From NCBI GenBank assembly GCA_030606265.1, contig JAUWGT010000001.1, positions 1 through 49,405 on the forward strand: a DNA stretch of 49,405 nucleotides, in the 5' to 3' direction. The translations under genes and the position numbers were made by a program. The notes under the pieces are model-generated. The model saw nothing but the letters and a program-made list of their open reading frames with translations. It did not search any database and had not been told where the DNA came from. Below, one piece after another: positions 43,731-49,405 of this stretch (positions within the stretch are counted from its first letter, which is position 1; each line of letters begins with the position of its first letter). The DNA is from Candidatus Stahliibacteriota bacterium (GTDB lineage Bacteria > Hydrothermota > Tepidihabitantia > SM23-42).

Positions 43731-44371
43731 TATTTCTCTTCTTTCAAGTTTTTTATCGTTAGTTGTCTTATCTTAGGTCTCGCTTCTTCCTTAAGCTTTA
43801 TTCTGGACTTCAATTTACGCTTTTTAACACCGATTTTCTTCTTGCGGTAGTAATGGATCAAGACACTGTCTTCTCCATCCATCTCCTTAACATGGACATC
43901 GACTATTTCGCTCTTCGCGGTTGGTATACGCTTACCGACAAAATCAGCTTGAATAGGTAATTCTCTGTGCCCGCGGTCAACCAACACAGCTAGTTGAATC
44001 GCCTTGGGTCGACCAAAATTGAATATCTCTTCCATTGCCGCCCGTATCGTCCTGCCTGTATAAAGAACATCGTCAACCAAGACGATAGTCTTTTTACTCA
44101 AATCAAACGTAATGTCTGTACTTTCGATTATTGGAGTTTCCGAAACAAGCTGTAGGTCATCACGATACAAAGTAATATCCAGTGCACCGATCGGGATCTT
44201 CTTGCCTTCGCTCTTTTTTATCCGCTCAGCAAACCGGCAAGCGATAAAATCACCGCGCCTTTTTATTCCAACCAGTACTAAATTTTTGGTTCCCTTGTTT
44301 TTTTCGATGATTTCGTGGACAATCCGAACCAGAGCACGTCTTATTTCTGACTCGGTCATTATGGTCTTCAT
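43730..44371 (-). CDS. pyrR: PyrR (pyrimidine operon regulator / uracil phosphoribosyltransferase) with an extra lysine-rich C-terminal tail
   Basis: 213 aa. [16 protein letters not shown] and the PRPP loop [16 protein letters not shown] are present. The last 40 aa or so ([40 protein letters not shown]) extend beyond the usual PyrR length. Confidence 0.85.
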   Translation of the reverse strand: MKTIMTESEIRRALVRIVHEIIEKNKGTKNLVLVGIKRRGDFIACRFAERIKKSEGKKIPIGALDITLYRDDLQLVSETPIIESTDITFDLSKKTIVLVDDVLYTGRTIRAAMEEIFNFGRPKAIQLAVLVDRGHRELPIQADFVGKRIPTAKSEIVDVHVKEMDGEDSVLIHYYRKKKIGVKKRKLKSRIKLKEEARPKIRQLTIKNLKEEK

Positions 44372-44379
44372 TAAAAGTA

Positions 44380-44407
44380 ATTATAGGCAAAATGTACGAC
44401 AAGTCAA
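44380..44407 (-). promoter_or_regulatory. sigma-70 promoter abutting the pyrR start (leaderless geometry)
   Basis: Minus strand: TTGACT (44407-44402), 16 nt, TATAAT (44385-44380), then 8 nt (TACTTTTA) to the ATG at 44371. Confidence 0.6.
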
Positions 44408-44423
44408 GTAATGGTGATAGAAC

Positions 44424-45260
44424 CTTACTCGAAGAGTAAAGAGTTACTGTTCGAGCCTTGTTCGAGACAGGCAAGCGAAGTTGATGCCAATGCTGCTCAC
44501 AGTTTTAGTGTGATTGCAGCAATGAACATCCCGTGTGCTGTGTGCGGGAGAACTCAATTGTAGTGGCTCGATCCTTCAATTACATTCAGGACAGGTTCAT
44601 CGAGCAGTCTGATAAATCCCGCAATCCTGTTTGTAGAATTACAATACGAAGCGGGATAAATCACTTGTCCGCCTCAGGCAGAGACGACTCCAGCGCAGCA
44701 TATCTTCAGTGAAACGTGTCTCCAGCCGACCTATCTCGAATTATGATGAGAGGAGGCGTGTCCCCAGCGTAGCATGTCTTCAACAGAGTGTGTTCTCCGT
44801 TACTCCGATACTGTCTATTCAGTTCTCTTTTTGTAGTCGCCCGATTCATCGGGCATTATCTGATAAACCTGTCCTGTCTGTCCCGAGTATATCGAGGGGA
44901 ACGCAGTTGAAGGATCAGAAAACTACAGCGCATCGTGCACGAAATATGCCTCAATCTCCGATTGAGCTGCAGATTCCAGTGTATCGAACGAATGTGAGAT
45001 GTCTTCAACGGAGTGTATTCACCGTTACTCCCTTACTCCAATACCCAGTTATACTCCGTTACAATATTTACACCCAGCGCAGCGGGTCTATTTTGTGTTT
45101 TTTCACATTACGCTCTACACCCTACGATTTACGCTTCTTTTCCTCTCCCTTTTCAAGAAAGAGGGATAAGGAATAGAGAGTAGAAAATAGGGCGACTACA
45201 ATAGCGTAGCGTAAAGCTAGGGCGCCAATAACTCAATTACTGAGTTACTTAATAACTGCT
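44424..45260. repeat. intergenic mosaic of repeat modules (inverted copy of 19281-19452, B, F, E, A, G)
   Basis: 44424-44617 is the inverted copy of 19281-19452. The B element lies at 44618-44661. ccagccgacctatctcgaattatgatgagaggaggcgtgtc matches the 33465 region. ttgtagtcgcccgattcatcgggc is module A-like. aataactcaattactgagttacttaataactg is the reverse of 33200-33232. Confidence 0.85.
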
Positions 45261-45338
45261 TTACTCGAGGTGAGGGTTTCCTAAAATGTTTATTAAACAA
45301 TCCGTCCAAGTTTCTGATAGTGAACCTTACTGTATTAC

Positions 45339-46121
45339 TTACTCGATAATCTCTATTTGCGCCGATCCCTTGAGAATAATTTCAGGTTTACCTTTATACT
45401 CCTTTATCAGACCCCTGACGCGCACTTTACGGTTGAGGTAGTGGTCTTCTGGCCGCGCAGGGAATTTACTAAAATCGCTCGAGAAAATCACCGCGGTGAA
45501 ATACTTTTTCCAATTCTTATGGAAATTCAGAAAACAAACCCTACCAGTATTATTCGATACTACGATTTTCCCTTCGACAATTTTTTCCTGGCCATAATAT
45601 TGTGCAGCATCGCGCCATGAAATAACGTCTCGGGGAACTTCTTCATGAGATACTGTTCTTGCAATAGTGGACGTGTCAGGAGGCTGAAAGACTGCAAATG
45701 ACCATAATCCTCGTCTGTTCCTGCATGCAATCTGCTCAAGTTCTTCAAGTTCTTTTCGGCAGAGTGTGTCCGGTGGATAGAAACGCGTCTCAACATAACC
45801 CATAATAACCAGCTCAGCGTTGATGAATTTATCGTCAACATAAACGTACCTCAATATTCTTCCGTAATCATCTTTGTCTGAAACATCCCTCTTTAAATAG
45901 ACATCTTTATTAAAGGTCAGCAGAATAAGAGCATCCTTAGCAATATCAGCACCAGGCTCATTTATCTCCGAAGCGTTTATCCCCAATAACCTAACTGTCT
46001 CGCCGCCAGCAGTTTTGAAAGTATCACCGTCAATCACTTCGATAACCCGGTTGGTTTTTACACAAGTAGGAAATATATACAAGAAAGCCAAAAGCAAAAA
46101 ATGTATTTTATACTTAACCAT
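45339..46121 (-). CDS. secreted thermonuclease (staphylococcal-nuclease-like) with an extra C-terminal domain
   Basis: 260 aa with a hydrophobic leader. SNase signature VIEVIDGDTFK...ETVRLLGINASE...GRILRYVY. Confidence 0.8.
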   Translation of the reverse strand: MVKYKIHFLLLAFLYIFPTCVKTNRVIEVIDGDTFKTAGGETVRLLGINASEINEPGADIAKDALILLTFNKDVYLKRDVSDKDDYGRILRYVYVDDKFINAELVIMGYVETRFYPPDTLCRKELEELEQIACRNRRGLWSFAVFQPPDTSTIARTVSHEEVPRDVISWRDAAQYYGQEKIVEGKIVVSNNTGRVCFLNFHKNWKKYFTAVIFSSDFSKFPARPEDHYLNRKVRVRGLIKEYKGKPEIILKGSAQIEIIE

Positions 46122-46126
46122 GCGTC

Positions 46127-46154
46127 ATTATAATGAAATATCCTTGTTTGTCAA
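46127..46154 (-). promoter_or_regulatory. sigma-70 promoter abutting the nuclease start (leaderless geometry)
   Basis: Minus strand: TTGACA (46154-46149), 16 nt, TATAAT (46132-46127), then 5 nt (GACGC) to the ATG at 46121. Confidence 0.6.
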
Positions 46155-46246
46155 ACCATTTGCAAAAAACCTCTGAGCAATCTCTGTTCTGCAAAGCAAA
46201 AGAGCTCAAGAAAATGCTAAACACTTGAACTCGACTATTCTAATGC

Positions 46247-46274
46247 TTGACATTCGCTATATTGCGATTATATT
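46247..46274 (+). promoter_or_regulatory. sigma-70 promoter upstream of fabF
   Basis: TTGACA (46247-46252), 16 nt, TATATT (46269-46274). It lies 170 nt upstream of fabF, which has its own AGGAGA SD. Confidence 0.45.
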
Positions 46275-46444
46275 GTCCTTAGATGATTGAAAATACCTCA
46301 GGCCATATTCATAGACGCTCTACCATGGAGAAAAGATGGAGTATGAGTTTCTTGTCGCGATTACTGTTCTTATCACCTCCAAACCTAATATTGCACATAT
46401 CTGGCCTAATGCATACATAGATAAGCTATAGGAGAACCCTTATC

Positions 46445-47686
46445 ATGAAAGAACATCGCGTTGTAATTACAGGATTGGGTGCCGTAACACCGATTGGTGT
46501 GGGTGTTAAAGATTTCTGGGAAGGATTAATAGCCGGGCGAAACGGGATCGCGAAAGTTACGCATTTTGATATAACGGATTTTCGCTCTAAGCTCGCGGCC
46601 GAAGTAAAAGATTTTCATGCTGAGGAATGGATCAACGAGAAATCGGCAAAGCGTATGGATCGTTTTACTCAGTTTGGAATCGTTGCATCTACTATGGCAA
46701 TCCAAGATGCTGGATTGGAATCGTTTACATTTGACAAAAACAGGGCAGGCGTTATCATCGGTTCTGGTATAGGCGGTTCACAGACGATCGAAGAAGGTCA
46801 TTCTAAGCTTAATAAAAATGGACCCAAAAGTTTAAGTCCATTTCTTGTGTCAAAACTGCTCGTGAATATGGCAGCATGCATGGTTTCTATTAAATATGGT
46901 TTGAAGGGCCACCTTTCTGCGCCCTCAGTTGCTTGTTCTACGGGTTCGAACGCCGTTGGCGATGCATTCCGAATTCTTCAAAGAGGAGATGCAGATATCA
47001 TGCTTGCCGGAAGTTCCGAGGCTTGTATAACCAGTTTATCCTATGGCTGCTTCTGTGCAACACGATCCATGTCTCAAAATACTTGTGCCGATAATGCCAG
47101 CCGACCCTTTGATAAAAACCGTGATGGTTTCTTAATGGGAGAAGGAGCCGGAATTGCTGTTCTGGAAAGCCTGGAGCATGCTCTCAAACGAGGAGCAAAA
47201 ATATATGCTGAGATCGTTGGCTACGGCAATACGGCCGATGCGTACCACTTTACCGCACCAGAACCCCATGGTGATGGAATGATCCGGGTCATGCAAGCGG
47301 CGCTCAAGGATGCTTGTATGGACCCGAAAGAAATCGGATATATCAATGCCCATGGTACATCCACTGTTTTAAATGACAAATGTGAAAGCAAAGCCATTAT
47401 GAATGTTTACGGAGATCATGCAAAAATTTTGAAAGTTAGTTCAATAAAATCAATGATTGGTCATCTTATGGCAGCAGCAGGCGCCGTGGAATTCGTGTCT
47501 ACTGTGATGAGTGTGTTTACTGGCAAACTCCCTCCAACCATCAATTATAAAGAACCTGATCCCGACTGCCCTCTCGATTACGTTACCAATGGTGTTGAGT
47601 CAGTTGATTTGAATGCAGCAATGAGTAATTCCTTTGGTTTCGGTGGAGGAAATGCATGTCTTGTCATAAAAAAGAAGCAGGAATAA
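46445..47686 (+). CDS. fabF: beta-ketoacyl-ACP synthase II
   Basis: 413 aa. RVVITGLGAVTP, the active-site ACSTGSNA, HGTST and GFGGGNA are present. Confidence 0.95.
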   Translation: MKEHRVVITGLGAVTPIGVGVKDFWEGLIAGRNGIAKVTHFDITDFRSKLAAEVKDFHAEEWINEKSAKRMDRFTQFGIVASTMAIQDAGLESFTFDKNRAGVIIGSGIGGSQTIEEGHSKLNKNGPKSLSPFLVSKLLVNMAACMVSIKYGLKGHLSAPSVACSTGSNAVGDAFRILQRGDADIMLAGSSEACITSLSYGCFCATRSMSQNTCADNASRPFDKNRDGFLMGEGAGIAVLESLEHALKRGAKIYAEIVGYGNTADAYHFTAPEPHGDGMIRVMQAALKDACMDPKEIGYINAHGTSTVLNDKCESKAIMNVYGDHAKILKVSSIKSMIGHLMAAAGAVEFVSTVMSVFTGKLPPTINYKEPDPDCPLDYVTNGVESVDLNAAMSNSFGFGGGNACLVIKKKQE

Positions 47687-48754
47687 ATGGAAATTCCTAA
47701 GCTTCGAATCGGAAGTTTTACCTCAGATATACCTATTGTCCAGGGAGGCATGGGAGTTAGGGTTTCTCTTGCCTCACTTTCTTCAGCAGTAGCAAACGAA
47801 GGTGGAATCGGCACGATCTCCAGCATTGGTCTTGGAGATATCGAGGCTTCAAAGCAGGAATATGAAAGAATATCCCGGGAAGCACTGATAAAAGAGATCC
47901 GCAAAGCAAAGAGCAAAACAGATGGTCACCTCGCTGTAAACTTCATGGGTGTCCTCAGCAATGTAAATGATCTGATTAAAAGCTCGATAGGTGAGGGGAT
48001 TAAAATGATCGTTTTTGGTGCCGGACTACCAATGAAACTTCCAGGTTTAGTCCAGGACCCCAGTGTAAACCTTGTGCCGATCATTAGTTCTGCCAGAGTT
48101 GCGGAATTGATCCTGCGAATCTGGGACAAACGGTATGAAAGAACTGCCGATGGATTGATCCTGGAAGGTCCTCTGGCCGGAGGACATCTCGGTTTCTCCG
48201 AAGAACAACTCAAGCATCCGGCAGAATATTCTCTTGAGAAACTTCTGCCTGAAGTCCTGGAAACCATTAAACCCTTTGAGGATAAGTATTCAAAGAAAAT
48301 ACCGGTCATTGCTGCGGGTGGTATTTATGACGGGAAAGATATCGCCCGGATGCTTTCTCTGGGCGCCTCGGGCGTTCAGATGGGGACCCGTTTTGTCTGT
48401 ACCCAAGAGTGCGGTGTGTCTCAGGAATTCAAGCAAGCCTATTTGGATGCCAAAGAAGAGGATATCGTTATTATAAAAAGCCCGGTGGGTATGCCTGGTC
48501 GGGCGATCAAAAATACTTTTCTAAAAGATCTGGAAGTTAAAGGAAAAATAAAGATAAAATGTCTCTACAGGTGTCTCACAATGTGTAAAGTCGATAAAGC
48601 TCAATATTGTATTGCTCTGGCTCTTGCAAATTCATATTTTGGTGATGTGGATCACGGTCTTATTTTCTGCGGGCAGAATGCGTATCGTATTAATAAAATT
48701 GTTACTGTTAAAGAACTTATCCAGGAACTTCTCTCCGAACTCAAAGCAGCTTAA
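47687..48754 (+). CDS. fabK: enoyl-ACP reductase FabK-type (nitronate monooxygenase / NPD flavoprotein family)
   Basis: 355 aa starting 1 nt after the fabF stop. PIVQGGMG, AAGGIYDG and GVQMGTRF are present. Adjacency to fabF supports FabK over a generic NMO. Confidence 0.75.
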   Translation: MEIPKLRIGSFTSDIPIVQGGMGVRVSLASLSSAVANEGGIGTISSIGLGDIEASKQEYERISREALIKEIRKAKSKTDGHLAVNFMGVLSNVNDLIKSSIGEGIKMIVFGAGLPMKLPGLVQDPSVNLVPIISSARVAELILRIWDKRYERTADGLILEGPLAGGHLGFSEEQLKHPAEYSLEKLLPEVLETIKPFEDKYSKKIPVIAAGGIYDGKDIARMLSLGASGVQMGTRFVCTQECGVSQEFKQAYLDAKEEDIVIIKSPVGMPGRAIKNTFLKDLEVKGKIKIKCLYRCLTMCKVDKAQYCIALALANSYFGDVDHGLIFCGQNAYRINKIVTVKELIQELLSELKAA

Positions 48755-48767
48755 TAAATTTTCAAAA

Positions 48768-48975
48768 AATTCGTAAAAAAATCATGAATCCGCGAGGAAA
48801 TTGTCATAATGTCATACACCGTCCCACTTTGTTCTCTACTGTCATCGTCCGACTCGCTATAGTCATCGTCCGACTCGATCGGACGATCCAGTCCTTTATA
48901 GTTTGAACCATTTGTTCGCAAAATCATGAATTTGTCAAGAAATTGTCATACGCCGTCCCTCTTTGTTCAATTAAC
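48768..48975. repeat. direct repeat pair plus internal hairpin repeats downstream of fabK
   Basis: aaaatcatgaat..gaaattgtcata..ccgtccc.ctttgttc occurs at about 48768 and about 48919. gtcatcgtccgactcg occurs twice, and the hairpin atcgtccga-ctcga-tcggacgat lies at about 48855-48877. Confidence 0.75.
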
Positions 48976-49085
48976 GATTCAACGGATCGTAAAGCATCAG
49001 CATCCTTGACGCAGTAAGTATCCTAATTATAATTCATCAAAGAAAGATACAAGGAATCAATATATAGATATTAAAAGGAGATATT

Positions 49086-49405
49086 ATGCAAAAAATCCTG
49101 GAATTCTTCATTAGAAACAAATTACTTGTCAATCTCTGTGTAATTATCGTAGCATTATTCGGGATATACAGCTTCCTCAATATCCAACAGGATGTTTTCC
49201 CGGAGGTCGATCGCAATATGATGCGTATCACCATAGTATATCCTGGTGCGAGTCCATCAGACATAGAGATGAATGCTGTTATACCCATAGAACGTGAGAT
49301 TGCAAAGATATCGGGGATCGAAGAGTATACATCTTTATCGATCGAGAACATTGCTACGATCCTGGTAACGATAGATTCTGATGTTAGCGATATGCAGAAT
49401 GTAAA
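49086..49405 (+). CDS. RND efflux transporter permease (AcrB/CzcA family), N-terminal fragment running off the right edge
   Basis: Absent from the ORF track because it is edge-truncated. AAAGGAG lies 6 nt upstream of the ATG at 49086. MQKILEFFIRNKLLVNLCVIIVALFGIYSFLNIQQDVFPEVDRNMMRITIVYPGASPSDIE... matches the typical RND TM1 plus start of the periplasmic loop. Confidence 0.75.
   Translation, partial: MQKILEFFIRNKLLVNLCVIIVALFGIYSFLNIQQDVFPEVDRNMMRITIVYPGASPSDIEMNAVIPIEREIAKISGIEEYTSLSIENIATILVTIDSDVSDMQNV

Noticed and set aside
44709-45176. Track ORF 44709-45176(+), 155 aa, plus 44112-44411(+) and 44250-44474(-).
   Set aside because: The 155-aa ORF is wholly within the repeat mosaic. The others are antisense to, or overlap, pyrR and its promoter.
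46283-46420. 45-aa ORF starting 8 nt after the TTGACA-16-TATATT promoter upstream of fabF (possible leaderless small protein).
   Set aside because: The geometry matches the leaderless pattern, but the peptide (MIENTSGHIHRRSTMEKRWSMSFLSRLLFLSPPNLILHISGLMHT) has no convincing features. The promoter may simply give fabF a 170-nt leader. It is kept as a low-priority possibility, not a feature.
49037-49351. Track ORF 49037-49351(-), 104 aa.
   Set aside because: It is antisense to the well-supported RND transporter N-terminus, which has a strong SD and a canonical sequence.

Overview
This is a 49.4-kb AT-rich chromosomal segment. It reads like an uncultivated bacterium of the T9SS-bearing FCB-type lineages, because several secreted proteins carry C-terminal T9SS-type sorting domains while the promoters are canonical sigma-70, not Bacteroides-type. 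I can support about 36 protein genes, one tRNA-Arg(CCG) and one tmRNA.

Housekeeping content:
- Zn-alcohol dehydrogenase and a saccharopine-dehydrogenase-like oxidoreductase
- an addB-addA helicase-nuclease pair
- nitroreductase and a YmdB-like phosphoesterase
- gcvT-gcvH-gcvPA
- thiL, a DRG-type GTPase, fhs and purM
- pyrR-pyrB-pyrC
- a thermonuclease, fabF-fabK, and the 5' end of an RND pump

Accessory content: four secreted BNR/LTD-type T9SS cargo genes (one split by a 1-nt frameshift), outer-membrane barrels and two HD-GYP phosphodiesterases.

The most interesting region is 5.7-13.1 kb. It holds a 1638-aa fusion protein (Ser/Thr kinase, STAND P-loop, TPR, GAF, sigma-54 AAA+ activator, Fis HTH). 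Directly downstream are two duplicated cassettes, each with phased 17-bp palindromes (TGTGTCA-N3-TGACACA) and a textbook -24/-12 promoter. These drive a small signal-peptide ORF, two paralogous 64-aa proteins and probably a GAF-HD-GYP gene. It looks like a self-contained, undescribed kinase-gated sigma-54/c-di-GMP module.

Two window-wide patterns stand out:
- At least nine genes have a near-consensus TTGACA-N16/17-TATAAT promoter ending only 5-9 nt before the ATG, with no Shine-Dalgarno. This implies leaderless mRNAs.
- Almost every long intergenic gap is filled with a mosaic of short repeat modules. These include a 44-bp hairpin element with 7-bp target-site-like duplications, one copy nested in another repeat, and they generate many spurious ORFs in the track.

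All calls come from reading the sequence and ORF translations. No database search was run.
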